Assembly (NCBI GenBank): GCA_964016885.1
Contig: OZ024744.1
Location: 17,174,001-17,238,000, forward strand
Origin: Eledone cirrhosa
Lineage: Eukaryota
Direction of reading: 5' to 3'
Length of the DNA: 64,000 nt
Shown here in pieces: positions 39,901-57,900 of the stretch. The position numbers and the translations under genes were made by a program. The notes beneath the pieces are model-generated. The model saw only the letters and a program-made list of their open reading frames with translations. It did not search any database and was not told the DNA's origin. Within the stretch, counting starts at the first letter, position 1; each line of letters starts with the position of its first letter.

Positions 39901-42900
39901 GCTGACCTGTACACCATCAGATACTGACGACACGTTGATACTCATTGCTGACCTGTACACCATCAGATATTGACGACAGGTTGATACTCATTGCTGACCT
40001 GTACACCATCAAACACTGACGGCAGGTTGATACTCATAGTTGACCTGTACACCATCATGTATTGACGACAGGTTGATACTCATTAGTCACCTGTACACCA
40101 TCAGGTATTGACGGCAGGTTGATACTCATTGTTGACCTGTACAACATCAGATATTGACGACATGTTGATACTCATTAGTGACCTCTACACCATCATACAT
40201 TAACGGCAGGTTGATACTCATTGCTGACCTGTACACCATCAGACATTGACGGCAGGTTAATACTCATTGCTGACCTGTACACCATCAGACATTGACGACA
40301 GGTTGATACTAATTGCTGACCTGTACACCATCAGACATTGACGACAGGTTGATACTCATTGCTGACCTGTACACCATCAAACACTGACGGCAGGTTGATA
40401 CTCATAGTTGACCTGTACACCATCATGTATTGACGACAGGTTGATACTCATTAGTCACCTGTACACCATCAGGTATTGACGGCAGGTTGATACTCATTGC
40501 TGACCTGTACACCATCAGACATTGACGACAGGTTGATACTCATTGCTGACTTGTACACCATCAGATACTGACGACAGGTTGATACTCATTTCTGACCTGT
40601 ACACCATCAGACATTGACGGCAGGTTGATACACATTGTTGGCCTGTGCACCATCAGATACATACGACAGTTTGATACTCATTGCTGACCTGTACACCATC
40701 AGGTATTGACGGCAGGTTGATACAAATTGTTGACCTGTACACCATCAGACATTGACGACAGGTTGATACTCATTGCTAACCTGTACACCATCACACATTG
40801 ACGACAGGTTTATACTCATTGCTGACCTGTACAACATCAGATACTGACGACAGGTTGATAATCATTGCTGACCTGTACACCATCAGACATTGATGGCATG
40901 TTGATACTCATTGCTTACATGTACACCATCAGACATTGACGGCACGTTGATACTCATTGTTGACCTGTACAACATCAGATATTGACGGCAGATTGATACT
41001 CATTGCTGACCTGTACACCATCTGACATTGATGACAGGTTGATACTCATTGCTGACCTGTACACCATCAGACATTGACGACAGGTTGATACTCATTGCTG
41101 ACCTGTAAACCATCAGATACTGACGACAGGTTGATACTCATTTCTGACCTGTACACCACCAGACATTGACAGCAGGTTGATACACATTGTTGACATGTAC
41201 ACCATCAGACATTGATGGCAGGTTGATACTCATTAGTCACCTGTACACCATCAGGTATTGACGACAGGTTGATACTCATTGCTGACCTGTACACCATCAG
41301 ACATTGACGACAGGTTGATACTCATTGCTGACCTGTACACCATCAGACATTGACGACAGGTTGATACTCATTGCTGACCTGTACACCATCAGACATTTAC
41401 GGCAGGTTGATACACTTTGCTGCCCTGTACACCATCAGATACTGACGATCGTTTGCTAATCATTGCTGACCTGTACACCATCAGGTATTGACGACAAGTT
41501 GATACGAATTGCTGACCTGTACACCATCAGGTATCGATGACATGTTGATATCATTGCTGACCTGTACACCATCAGACATTGACTACAGGTTGATACTCAT
41601 TTCTGACCTGTACACCATCGGACATTGACGGCAGGTTGATACTCATTGCTGACCTGTACACCATCATATATTGACGGCAGGTTGGTACTCATTGCTGACC
41701 TGTACACCATCAGACATTGACAACAGGTTGATTCTCATTGTTGACCTGTACACCATCAGATATTGACGACAGGTTGATACTCATTGCTGACCTGTACACC
41801 ATCAGACATTGACGACAGGTTGAAACTCATTGCTGACATGTACACCATCAAAACATTGCCGACAGGTTGATACTCATTGCTAACCTGTACACCATCAGAC
41901 ATTGACGACAGGTTGATACTCATTGCTGACCTGTACACCATCAGACATTGACGACAGGTTGATACTCATTGCTAACCTGTACAGCATCAGACATTGACGA
42001 CAGGTTGATACTCATTGCTGACCTGTACACCATCATAAAATGACGACAGGTTGATACTCATTTCTGACCTGTACACCATCAGACATTGACGGCAGGTTGA
42101 TACACATTGTTGACCTGTACACCATCAGACATTGACGGCAGGTTGATACTCATTGCTGACCTGTACACCATCAGACATTGACGACAAGTTGATACTCATT
42201 GCTAACCTGTACACCATCAGACATTGACGGCAGGTTGATAGACTTTGCTGACCTTTACATCATCAGATACTCACGATCGTTTGATAATCATTGCTGACCT
42301 GTACACCATCAGATACTGACGACAGGTTGATAATCATTGCTGACCTGTACACCATCAGACATTGATTGCAGGTTGATACTCATTGCTTAACTGTACACCA
42401 TCAGACATTGACGGCAGGTTGATACTCATTGTTGACCTGTACAACATCAGATATTGACGACAGGTTGATACTCATTAGTGGCCTGTACACCATCAGACAT
42501 TCACGGCAGGTTGATACGCATTGCTGACCTGTACACCATCTGACATTGATGACAGGTTGATACTCATTGCTGACCTGTACACCATCAGACATTGACGGCA
42601 GGTTGATACTCATTGCTGACCTGTACACCATCAGATACTGACGACACGTTGATACTCATTGCTGACCTGTACACCATCAGATATTGACGACAGGTTGATA
42701 CTCATTGCTGACCTGTACACCATCAAACACTGACGGCAGGTTGATACTCATAGTTGACCTGTACACCATCATGTATTGACGACAGGTTGATACTCATTAG
42801 TCACCTGTACACCATCAGGTATTGACGGCAGGTTGATACTCATTGTTGACCTGTACAACATCAGATATTGACGACATGTTGATACTCATTAGTGACCTCT

Positions 42901-45900
42901 ACACCATCATACATTAACGGCATGTTGATACTCATTGCTGACCTGTACACCATCAGACATTGACGGCAGGTTAATACTCATTGCTGACCTGTACACCATC
43001 AGACATTGACGACAGGTTGATACTAATTGCTGACCTGTACACCATCAGACATTGACGACAGGTTGATACTCATTGCTGACCTGTACACCATCAGGTATTG
43101 ACGACAGGTTGATACTCATTGCTGACCTGTACACCATCAGGTACAGACGGCAGGTTGATACTCATTGCTGACCTGTACACCATCAGACATTGACGACAGG
43201 TTGATACTCATTGCTGACCTGTACACCATCAGACATTGATGAGAGGTTGATACTCATTGTTGACCTGTACACATTAAGACATTGACGGCAGGTTGATACT
43301 CATTGCTGACATGTACACCATCAGACATTGACGACAGGTTGATACACATTGCTGACTTGTACACCATCAGACATTGACGACAGGTTGATACTAATTGCTG
43401 CCGTGTACACCATCAGACATTGACGACAGGTTGATACTCATTGCTGACCTGTACACCATCAGACATTGACGGCAGGTTGATACTCATTGCTGACATGTAC
43501 ACCATCAGACATTGACGATAGGTTGATACACATTGCTGACCTGTACACCATCAGACATTGATGACAGGTTGATACTCATTGCTGACCTGTACACCATCAG
43601 ACATTGGCGGCAGGTTGATACTCATTGCTGACCTGTACACTATCATATAATGACGACAGTTTGATACTCATTTCTGACCTGTACACCATCAGACATTGAC
43701 GGCAGGTTGATACACATTGTTGACCTGTACACCATCAGACATTGACGGCAGATTGATACTCATTGCTGACCTGTACACCATCAGACATTGACGACAAGTT
43801 GATACTCATTGCTAACCTGTACACCATCAGACATTGACGGCAGGTTGATACTCTTTGCTGACCTGTACATCATCAGATACTGACGATCGTTTGATAATCA
43901 TTGCTGACCTGTACACCAACAGGTATTGACGACAGGTTGATACTCATTGCTGACTTATACACCATCAGGTATTGACGGCAAGTTGATACACATTGTTGAC
44001 CTGTACGCCATCAGGTATTGACGACAGGTTGATACTCATTGCTGACCTGTACACCATCTGACATTGATGACAGGTTGATACTCATTGCTGACCTGTACAC
44101 CATCAGACATTGACGGCAGGTTGATACTCATTGCTGACCTGTACACCATCATATATTGACGGCAGGTTGGTATTCATTGCTGACCTGTACACCATCAGAC
44201 ATTGACGAGAGGTTGGTACTCATTGTTGACCTGTACACCATCAGACATTGACGGCAGGTTGATACTCATTGCTGACCTGTACACCATCTGACATTGATGA
44301 CAGATTGATACTCATTGTTGACCTGTACACCATCAGACATTGACGGCAGGTTGATACTCATTGCTGACCTGTACACCATCAGTTACTGACGACAGGTTGA
44401 TACTCATTGCTGACCTGTACACCATCAGATATTGACGACAGGTTGATACTCATTGCTGACCTGTACACCATAAGACATTGACGGCAGGTTAATACTCATT
44501 GCTGACATGTACACCATCAGACATTGACGACAGGTTGATACTAATTGCTGACCTGTACACCATCAGACATTGACGACAGGTTGATACTCATTGCTGACCT
44601 GTACACCATCAGACATTGACGACAAGTTGATACTCATTGCTGACCTGCACACCATCGGGTATTGACGACAGGTTGATACTCATTGCTGACCTGTACACCA
44701 TCAGGTACCGACGGCAGGTTGATACTCATTGCTGACCTGTACACCATCAGACATTGACGACAAGGTTGATACTCATTGCTGACCTGTACACCATTAGGTA
44801 TTGACGACAGGTTGATACTCATTGCTGACCTGTACACCATCAAGTACAGACCGCAGGTTGATACTCGTTGCTGACCTGTACACCATCAGACATTGACGAC
44901 AGGTTGATACCCATTGCTGACCTGTACACCATCAGACATTGATGACATGTTGATACTCATTGCTGACCTGTACACATTAAGACATTGACGGCAGGTTGAT
45001 ACTCATTGCTGACCTGTACACCATCATATAATGACGAAAGGTTGATACTCATTTCTGACCTGTACACCATCAGACATTGACGGCAGGCTGATACTCATTG
45101 CTGACCTGTACACCATCAGACATTGACGGCAGGTTGATACTCTTTGCTGACCTGTACACAATCAGATACTGACGATCGTTTGATAATCATTGCTGACCTG
45201 TACACCAACAGGTATTGACGACAGGTTGATACTCATTGCTGACTTGTACACTATCAGGTATTGACGGCAGGTTGATACACATTGTTGACCTGTACACCAT
45301 CAGACATTGACGGCAGGTTGATACACATTGCTGACCTGTACACCATCAGGTATTGACGACAGGTTGTTACTCATTGTTGACCTGTACACCATCAGACATT
45401 GACGGCAGGTTGATACTCATTGCTAACCTGTACACCATCAGACATTGACGACAGGTTGATACTCATTGCTGACCTGTACACCATCAGATACTGACGACAG
45501 GTTGATAATCATTGCTGACCTGTACACCATCAGACATTGACGGCAGGTTGATACTCATTGTTGACCTGTACAACATCAGATATTGACGACAGGTTGATAC
45601 TCATTAGTGACCTGTACACCATCAGACATTCACGGCAGGTTGATACTCATTGCTGACCTGTACACCATCTGACATTGATGACAGGTTGATACTCATTGCT
45701 GACCTGTACACCATCAGACATTGACGGCAGGTTGATACTCATTGCTGACCTGTACACCATCAGATACTGACGACAGATTTATACTCATTGCTGACCTGTA
45801 CACCATCAGATATTGACGACAGGTTGATACTCATTGCTGACCTGTACACCATCAAACACTGACGGCAGGTTGATACTCATAGTTGACCTGTACACCATCA

Positions 45901-48900
45901 TGTATTGACGACAGGTTAATACTCATTAGTCACCTGTACCCCATCAGGTATTGACGGCAGGTTGATACGCATTGCTGACCTGTACACCATCAGATATTGA
46001 TGTCAGGTTGATACTCATTGCTGACCTGTACACCATCAGACATTGACGACAGGTTGATACTCATTGCTGACTTGTACACCATCAGATACTGACGACAGGT
46101 TGATACTCATTTCTGACCTGTACACCATCAGACATTGACGGCAGGTTGATACAGATTGTTGGCCTGTACACCATCAGATACTCACGACAGTTTGATACTC
46201 ATTGCTGACCTGTACACCATCAGGTATTGACGGCAGGTTGATACACATTGTTGACCTGTACACCATCAGGTATTGACGACAGGTTGATACACATTGTTGA
46301 CCTGTACACCATCAGACATTGACGACAGGTTGATACTCATTGCTGACCTGTACACCATCAGACATTGAAGGCAGGTTGATACTCATTGCTGACCTGTACA
46401 CCATCATATATTGCCGGCATGTTGATATTCATTGTTGACCTGTACACCATCAGACATTGACGACAGGTTGATACTCATTGCTGACCTGTACACCATCAGA
46501 CATTGACGACAAGTTGATACTCATTGCTAACCTGTACACCATCAGACATTGACGGCAGGTTGATAGACTTTGCTGACCTTTACATCATCAGATACTCACG
46601 ATCGTTTGATAATCATTGCTGACCTGTACACCATCAGACATTGACGGCAGGTTGATACTCATTGCTGACCTGTACACCATCAGATACTGACGACACGTTG
46701 ATACTCATTGCTGACCTGTACACCATCAGATATTGACGACAGGTTGATACTCATTGCTGACCTGTACACCATCAAACACTGACGGCAGGTTGATACTCAT
46801 AGTTGACCTGTACACCATCATGTATTGACGACAGGTTGATACTCATTAGTCACCTGTACACCATCAGGTATTGACGGCAGGTTGATACTCATTGTTGACC
46901 TGTACAACATCAGATATTGACGACATGTTGATACTCATTAGTGACCTCTACACCATCATACATTAACGGCAGGTTGATACTCATTGCTGACCTGTACACC
47001 ATCAGACATTGACGGCAGGTTAATACTCATTGCTGACCTGTACACCATCAGACATTGACGACAGGTTGATACTAATTGCTGACCTGTACACCATCAGACA
47101 TTGACGACAGGTTGATACTCATTGCTGACCTGTACACCATCAAACACTGACGGCAGGTTGATACTCATAGTTGACCTGTACACCATCATGTATTGACGAC
47201 AGGTTGATACTCATTAGTCACCTGTACACCATCAGGTATTGACGGCAGGTTGATACTCATTGCTGACCTGTACACCATCAGACATTGACGACAGGTTGAT
47301 ACTCATTGCTGACTTGTACACCATCAGATACTGACGACAGGTTGATACTCATTTCTGACCTGTACACCATCAGACATTGACGGCAGGTTGATACACATTG
47401 TTGGCCTGTGCACCATCAGATACATACGACAGTTTGATACTCATTGCTGACCTGTACACCATCAGGTATTGACGGCAGGTTGATACAAATTGTTGACCTG
47501 TACACCATCAGACATTGACGACAGGTTGATACTCATTGCTAACCTGTACACCATCACACATTGACGACAGGTTTATACTCATTGCTGACCTGTACAACAT
47601 CAGATACTGACGACAGGTTGATAATCATTGCTGACCTGTACACCATCAGACATTGATGGCATGTTGATACTCATTGCTTACATGTACACCATCAGACATT
47701 GACGGCAGGTTGATACTCATTGTTGACCTGTACAACATCAGATATTGACGGCAGATTGATACTCATTGCTGACCTGTACACCATCTGACATTGATGACAG
47801 GTTGATACTCATTGCTGACCTGTACACCATCAGACATTGACGACAGGTTGATACTCATTGCTGACCTGTAAACCATCAGATACTGACGACAGGTTGATAC
47901 TCATTTCTGACCTGTACACCACCAGACATTGACAGCAGGTTGATACACATTGTTGACATGTACACCATCAGACATTGATGGCAGGTTGATACTCATTAGT
48001 CACCTGTACACCATCAGGTATTGACGACAGGTTGATACTCATTGCTGACCTGTACACCATCAGACATTGACGACAGGTTGATACTCATTGCTGACCTGTA
48101 CACCATCAGACATTGACGACAGGTTGATACTCATTGCTGACCTGTACACCATCAGACATTTACGGCAGGTTGATACTCTTTGCTGCCCTGTACACCATCA
48201 GATACTGACGATCGTTTGCTAATCATTGCTGACCTGTACACCATCAGGTATTGACGACAAGTTGATACGAATTGCTGACCTGTACACCATCAGGTATCGA
48301 TGACATGTTGATATCATTGCTGACCTGTACACCATCAGACATTGACTACAGGTTGATACTCATTTCTGACCTGTACACCATCGGACATTGACGGCAGGTT
48401 GATACTCATTGCTGACCTGTACACCATCATATATTGACGGCAGGTTGGTACTCATTGCTGACCTGTACACCATCAGACATTGACAACAGGTTGATTCTCA
48501 TTGTTGACCTGTACACCATCAGATATTGACGACAGGTTGATACTCATTGCTGACCTGTACACCATCAGACATTGACGACAGGTTGAAACTCATTGCTGAC
48601 ATGTACACCATCAAAACATTGCCGACAGGTTGATACTCATTGCTAACCTGTACACCATCAGACATTGACGACAGGTTGATACTCATTGCTGACCTGTACA
48701 CCATCAGACATTGACGACAGGTTGATACTCATTGCTAACCTGTACAGCATCAGACATTGACGACAGGTTGATACTCATTGCTGACCTGTACACCATCATA
48801 AAATGACGACAGGTTGATACTCATTTCTGACCTGTACACCATCAGACATTGACGGCAGGTTGATACACATTGTTGACCTGTACACCATCAGACATTGACG

Positions 48901-51900
48901 GCAGGTTGATACTCATTGCTGACCTGTACACCATCAGACATTGACGACAAGTTGATACTCATTGCTAACCTGTACACCATCAGACATTGACGGCAGGTTG
49001 ATAGACTTTGCTGACCTTTACATCATCAGATACTCACGATCGTTTGATAATCATTGCTGACCTGTACACCATCAGATACTGACGACAGGTTGATAATCAT
49101 TGCTGACCTGTACACCATCAGACATTGATTGCAGGTTGATACTCATTGCTTAACTGTACACCATCAGACATTGACGGCAGGTTGATACTCATTGTTGACC
49201 TGTACAACATCAGATATTGACGACAGGTTGATACTCATTAGTGGCCTGTACACCATCAGACATTCACGGCAGGTTGATACGCATTGCTGACCTGTACACC
49301 ATCTGACATTGATGACAGGTTGATACTCATTGCTGACCTGTACACCATCAGACATTGACGGCAGGTTGATACTCATTGCTGACCTGTACACCATCAGATA
49401 CTGACGACACGTTGATACTCATTGCTGACCTGTACACCATCAGATATTGACGACAGGTTGATACTCATTGCTGACCTGTACACCATCAAACACTGACGGC
49501 AGGTTGATACTCATAGTTGACCTGTACACCATCATGTATTGACGACAGGTTGATACTCATTAGTCACCTGTACACCATCAGGTATTGACGGCAGGTTGAT
49601 ACTCATTGTTGACCTGTACAACATCAGATATTGACGACATGTTGATACTCATTAGTGACCTCTACACCATCATACATTAACGGCATGTTGATACTCATTG
49701 CTGACCTGTACACCATCAGACATTGACGGCAGGTTAATACTCATTGCTGACCTGTACACCATCAGACATTGACGACAGGTTGATACTAATTGCTGACCTG
49801 TACACCATCAGACATTGACGACAGGTTGATACTCATTGCTGACCTGTACACCATCAGGTATTGACGACAGGTTGATACTCATTGCTGACCTGTACACCAT
49901 CAGGTACAGACGGCAGGTTGATACTCATTGCTGACCTGTACACCATCAGACATTGACGACAGGTTGATACTCATTGCTGACCTGTACACCATCAGACATT
50001 GATGAGAGGTTGATACTCATTGTTGACCTGTACACATTAAGACATTGACGGCAGGTTGATACTCATTGCTGACATGTACACCATCAGACATTGACGACAG
50101 GTTGATACACATTGCTGACTTGTACACCATCAGACATTGACGACAGGTTGATACTAATTGCTGCCGTGTACACCATCAGACATTGACGACAGGTTGATAC
50201 TCATTGCTGACCTGTACACCATCAGACATTGACGGCAGGTTGATACTCATTGCTGACATGTACACCATCAGACATTGACGATAGGTTGATACACATTGCT
50301 GACCTGTACACCATCAGACATTGATGACAGGTTGATACTCATTGCTGACCTGTACACCATCAGACATTGGCGGCAGGTTGATACTCATTGCTGACCTGTA
50401 CACTATCATATAATGACGACAGTTTGATACTCATTTCTGACCTGTACACCATCAGACATTGACGGCAGGTTGATACACATTGTTGACCTGTACACCATCA
50501 GACATTGACGGCAGATTGATACTCATTGCTGACCTGTACACCATCAGACATTGACGACAAGTTGATACTCATTGCTAACCTGTACACCATCAGACATTGA
50601 CGGCAGGTTGATACTCTTTGCTGACCTGTACATCATCAGATACTGACGATCGTTTGATAATCATTGCTGACCTGTACACCAACAGGTATTGACGACAGGT
50701 TGATACTCATTGCTGACTTATACACCATCAGGTATTGACGGCAAGTTGATACACATTGTTGACCTGTACGCCATCAGGTATTGACGACAGGTTGATACTC
50801 ATTGCTGACCTGTACACCATCTGACATTGATGACAGGTTGATACTCATTGCTGACCTGTACACCATCAGACATTGACGGCAGGTTGATACTCATTGCTGA
50901 CCTGTACACCATCATATATTGACGGCAGGTTGGTATTCATTGCTGACCTGTACACCATCAGACATTGACGAGAGGTTGGTACTCATTGTTGACCTGTACA
51001 CCATCAGACATTGACGGCAGGTTGATACTCATTGCTGACCTGTACACCATCTGACATTGATGACAGATTGATACTCATTGTTGACCTGTACACCATCAGA
51101 CATTGACGGCAGGTTGATACTCATTGCTGACCTGTACACCATCAGTTACTGACGACAGGTTGATACTCATTGCTGACCTGTACACCATCAGATATTGACG
51201 ACAGGTTGATACTCATTGCTGACCTGTACACCATAAGACATTGACGGCAGGTTAATACTCATTGCTGACATGTACACCATCAGACATTGACGACAGGTTG
51301 ATACTAATTGCTGACCTGTACACCATCAGACATTGACGACAGGTTGATACTCATTGCTGACCTGTACACCATCAGACATTGACGACAAGTTGATACTCAT
51401 TGCTGACCTGCACACCATCGGGTATTGACGACAGGTTGATACTCATTGCTGACCTGTACACCATCAGGTACCGACGGCAGGTTGATACTCATTGCTGACC
51501 TGTACACCATCAGACATTGACGACAAGGTTGATACTCATTGCTGACCTGTACACCATTAGGTATTGACGACAGGTTGATACTCATTGCTGACCTGTACAC
51601 CATCAAGTACAGACCGCAGGTTGATACTCGTTGCTGACCTGTACACCATCAGACATTGACGACAGGTTGATACCCATTGCTGACCTGTACACCATCAGAC
51701 ATTGATGACATGTTGATACTCATTGCTGACCTGTACACATTAAGACATTGACGGCAGGTTGATACTCATTGCTGACCTGTACACCATCATATAATGACGA
51801 AAGGTTGATACTCATTTCTGACCTGTACACCATCAGACATTGACGGCAGGCTGATACTCATTGCTGACCTGTACACCATCAGACATTGACGGCAGGTTGA

Positions 51901-54900
51901 TACTCTTTGCTGACCTGTACACAATCAGATACTGACGATCGTTTGATAATCATTGCTGACCTGTACACCAACAGGTATTGACGACAGGTTGATACTCATT
52001 GCTGACTTGTACACTATCAGGTATTGACGGCAGGTTGATACACATTGTTGACCTGTACACCATCAGACATTGACGGCAGGTTGATACACATTGCTGACCT
52101 GTACACCATCAGGTATTGACGACAGGTTGTTACTCATTGTTGACCTGTACACCATCAGACATTGACGGCAGGTTGATACTCATTGCTAACCTGTACACCA
52201 TCAGACATTGACGACAGGTTGATACTCATTGCTGACCTGTACACCATCAGATACTGACGACAGGTTGATAATCATTGCTGACCTGTACACCATCAGACAT
52301 TGACGGCAGGTTGATACTCATTGTTGACCTGTACAACATCAGATATTGACGACAGGTTGATACTCATTAGTGACCTGTACACCATCAGACATTCACGGCA
52401 GGTTGATACTCATTGCTGACCTGTACACCATCTGACATTGATGACAGGTTGATACTCATTGCTGACCTGTACACCATCAGACATTGACGGCAGGTTGATA
52501 CTCATTGCTGACCTGTACACCATCAGATACTGACGACAGATTTATACTCATTGCTGACCTGTACACCATCAGATATTGACGACAGGTTGATACTCATTGC
52601 TGACCTGTACACCATCAAACACTGACGGCAGGTTGATACTCATAGTTGACCTGTACACCATCATGTATTGACGACAGGTTAATACTCATTAGTCACCTGT
52701 ACCCCATCAGGTATTGACGGCAGGTTGATACGCATTGCTGACCTGTACACCATCAGATATTGATGTCAGGTTGATACTCATTGCTGACCTGTACACCATC
52801 AGACATTGACGACAGGTTGATACTCATTGCTGACTTGTACACCATCAGATACTGACGACAGGTTGATACTCATTTCTGACCTGTACACCATCAGACATTG
52901 ACGGCAGGTTGATACACATTGTTGGCCTGTACACCATCAGATACTCACGACAGTTTGATACTCATTGCTGACCTGTACACCATCAGGTATTGACGGCAGG
53001 TTGATACACATTGTTGACCTGTACACCATCAGGTATTGACGACAGGTTGATACACATTGTTGACCTGTACACCATCAGACATTGACGACAGGTTGATACT
53101 CATTGCTGACCTGTACACCATCAGACATTGAAGGCAGGTTGATACTCATTGCTGACCTGTACACCATCATATATTGCCGGCATGTTGATATTCATTGTTG
53201 ACCTGTACACCATCAGACATTGACGACAGGTTGATACTCATTGCTGACCTGTACACCATCAGACATTGACGACAAGTTGATACTCATTGCTAACCTGTAC
53301 ACCATCAGACATTGACGGCAGGTTGATAGACTTTGCTGACCTTTACATCATCAGATACTCACGATCGTTTGATAATCATTGCTGACCTGTACACCATCAG
53401 ACATTGACGGCAGGTTGATAGACTTTGCTGACCTTTACATCATCAGATACTCACGATCGTTTGATACTCATTGCTGACCTGTACACCATCAGGTACAGAC
53501 GGCAGGTTGATACTCATTGCTGACCTGTACACCATCAGACATTGACGACAGGTTGATACTCATTGCTGACCTGTACACCATCAGACATTGATGAGAGGTT
53601 GATACTCATTGTTGACCTGTACACATTAAGACATTGACGGCAGGTTGATACTCATTGCTGACATGTACACCATCAGACATTGACGACAGGTTGATACACA
53701 TTGCTGACTTGTACACCATCAGACATTGACGACAGGTTGATACTAATTGCTGCCGTGTACACCATCAGACATTGACGACAGGTTGATACTCATTGCTGAC
53801 CTGTACACCATCAGACATTGACGGCAGGTTGATACTCATTGCTGACATGTACACCATCAGACATTGACGATAGGTTGATACACATTGCTGACCTGTACAC
53901 CATCAGACATTGATGACAGGTTGATACTCATTGCTGACCTGTACACCATCAGACATTGGCGGCAGGTTGATACTCATTGCTGACCTGTACACTATCATAT
54001 AATGACGACAGTTTGATACTCATTTCTGACCTGTACACCATCAGACATTGACGGCAGGTTGATACACATTGTTGACCTGTACACCATCAGACATTGACGG
54101 CAGATTGATACTCATTGCTGACCTGTACACCATCAGACATTGACGACAAGTTGATACTCATTGCTAACCTGTACACCATCAGACATTGACGGCAGGTTGA
54201 TACTCTTTGCTGACCTGTACATCATCAGATACTGACGATCGTTTGATAATCATTGCTGACCTGTACACCAACAGGTATTGACGACAGGTTGATACTCATT
54301 GCTGACTTATACACCATCAGGTATTGACGGCAAGTTGATACACATTGTTGACCTGTACGCCATCAGGTATTGACGACAGGTTGATACTCATTGCTGACCT
54401 GTACACCATCTGACATTGATGACAGGTTGATACTCATTGCTGACCTGTACACCATCAGACATTGACGGCAGGTTGATACTCATTGCTGACCTGTACACCA
54501 TCATATATTGACGGCAGGTTGGTATTCATTGCTGACCTGTACACCATCAGACATTGACGAGAGGTTGGTACTCATTGTTGACCTGTACACCATCAGACAT
54601 TGACGGCAGGTTGATACTCATTGCTGACCTGTACACCATCTGACATTGATGACAGATTGATACTCATTGTTGACCTGTACACCATCAGACATTGACGGCA
54701 GGTTGATACTCATTGCTGACCTGTACACCATCAGTTACTGACGACAGGTTGATACTCATTGCTGACCTGTACACCATCAGATATTGACGACAGGTTGATA
54801 CTCATTGCTGACCTGTACACCATAAGACATTGACGGCAGGTTAATACTCATTGCTGACATGTACACCATCAGACATTGACGACAGGTTGATACTAATTGC

Positions 54901-57900
54901 TGACCTGTACACCATCAGACATTGACGACAGGTTGATACTCATTGCTGACCTGTACACCATCAGACATTGACGACAAGTTGATACTCATTGCTGACCTGC
55001 ACACCATCGGGTATTGACGACAGGTTGATACTCATTGCTGACCTGTACACCATCAGGTACCGACGGCAGGTTGATACTCATTGCTGACCTGTACACCATC
55101 AGACATTGACGACAAGGTTGATACTCATTGCTGACCTGTACACCATTAGGTATTGACGACAGGTTGATACTCATTGCTGACCTGTACACCATCAAGTACA
55201 GACCGCAGGTTGATACTCGTTGCTGACCTGTACACCATCAGACATTGACGACAGGTTGATACCCATTGCTGACCTGTACACCATCAGACATTGATGACAT
55301 GTTGATACTCATTGCTGACCTGTACACATTAAGACATTGACGGCAGGTTGATACTCATTGCTGACCTGTACACCATCATATAATGACGAAAGGTTGATAC
55401 TCATTTCTGACCTGTACACCATCAGACATTGACGGCAGGCTGATACTCATTGCTGACCTGTACACCATCAGACATTGACGGCAGGTTGATACTCTTTGCT
55501 GACCTGTACACAATCAGATACTGACGATCGTTTGATAATCATTGCTGACCTGTACACCAACAGGTATTGACGACAGGTTGATACTCATTGCTGACTTGTA
55601 CACTATCAGGTATTGACGGCAGGTTGATACACATTGTTGACCTGTACACCATCAGACATTGACGGCAGGTTGATACACATTGCTGACCTGTACACCATCA
55701 GGTATTGACGACAGGTTGTTACTCATTGTTGACCTGTACACCATCAGACATTGACGGCAGGTTGATACTCATTGCTAACCTGTACACCATCAGACATTGA
55801 CGACAGGTTGATACTCATTGCTGACCTGTACACCATCAGATACTGACGACAGGTTGATAATCATTGCTGACCTGTACACCATCAGACATTGACGGCAGGT
55901 TGATACTCATTGTTGACCTGTACAACATCAGATATTGACGACAGGTTGATACTCATTAGTGACCTGTACACCATCAGACATTCACGGCAGGTTGATACTC
56001 ATTGCTGACCTGTACACCATCTGACATTGATGACAGGTTGATACTCATTGCTGACCTGTACACCATCAGACATTGACGGCAGGTTGATACTCATTGCTGA
56101 CCTGTACACCATCAGATACTGACGACAGATTTATACTCATTGCTGACCTGTACACCATCAGATATTGACGACAGGTTGATACTCATTGCTGACCTGTACA
56201 CCATCAAACACTGACGGCAGGTTGATACTCATAGTTGACCTGTACACCATCATGTATTGACGACAGGTTAATACTCATTAGTCACCTGTACCCCATCAGG
56301 TATTGACGGCAGGTTGATACGCATTGCTGACCTGTACACCATCAGATATTGATGTCAGGTTGATACTCATTGCTGACCTGTACACCATCAGACATTGACG
56401 ACAGGTTGATACTCATTGCTGACTTGTACACCATCAGATACTGACGACAGGTTGATACTCATTTCTGACCTGTACACCATCAGACATTGACGGCAGGTTG
56501 ATACACATTGTTGGCCTGTACACCATCAGATACTCACGACAGTTTGATACTCATTGCTGACCTGTACACCATCAGGTATTGACGGCAGGTTGATACACAT
56601 TGTTGACCTGTACACCATCAGGTATTGACGACAGGTTGATACACATTGTTGACCTGTACACCATCAGACATTGACGACAGGTTGATACTCATTGCTGACC
56701 TGTACACCATCAGACATTGAAGGCAGGTTGATACTCATTGCTGACCTGTACACCATCATATATTGCCGGCATGTTGATATTCATTGTTGACCTGTACACC
56801 ATCAGACATTGACGACAGGTTGATACTCATTGCTGACCTGTACACCATCAGACATTGACGACAAGTTGATACTCATTGCTAACCTGTACACCATCAGACA
56901 TTGACGGCAGGTTGATAGACTTTGCTGACCTTTACATCATCAGATACTCACGATCGTTTGATAATCATTGCTGACCTGTACACCATCAGACATTGACGGC
57001 AGGTTGATACTCATTGCTGACCTGTACACCATCAGATACTGACGACACGTTGATACTCATTGCTGACCTGTACACCATCAGATATTGACGACAGGTTGAT
57101 ACTCATTGCTGACCTGTACACCATCAAACACTGACGGCAGGTTGATACTCATAGTTGACCTGTACACCATCATGTATTGACGACAGGTTGATACTCATTA
57201 GTCACCTGTACACCATCAGGTATTGACGGCAGGTTGATACTCATTGTTGACCTGTACAACATCAGATATTGACGACATGTTGATACTCATTAGTGACCTC
57301 TACACCATCATACATTAACGGCAGGTTGATACTCATTGCTGACCTGTACACCATCAGACATTGACGGCAGGTTAATACTCATTGCTGACCTGTACACCAT
57401 CAGACATTGACGACAGGTTGATACTAATTGCTGACCTGTACACCATCAGACATTGACGACAGGTTGATACTCATTGCTGACCTGTACACCATCAGGTATT
57501 GACGACAGGTTGATACTCATTGCTGACCTGTACACCATCAGGTACAGACGGCAGGTTGATACTCATTGCTGACCTGTACACCATCAGACATTGACGACAG
57601 GTTGATACTCATTGCTGACCTGTACACCATCAGACATTGATGACAGGTTGATATTCATTGTTGACCTGTACACATTAAGACATTGACGGTAGGTTGATAC
57701 TCATTGCTGACATGTACACCATCAGACATTGACGACAGTTTGATACTCATTTCTGACCTGTACACCATCAGACATTGACGGCAGGTTGATACACATTGTT
57801 GACCTGTACACCATCAGACATTGACGGCAGATTGATACTCATTGCTGACCTGTACACCATCAGACATTGACGACAAGTTGATACTCATTGCTAACCTGTA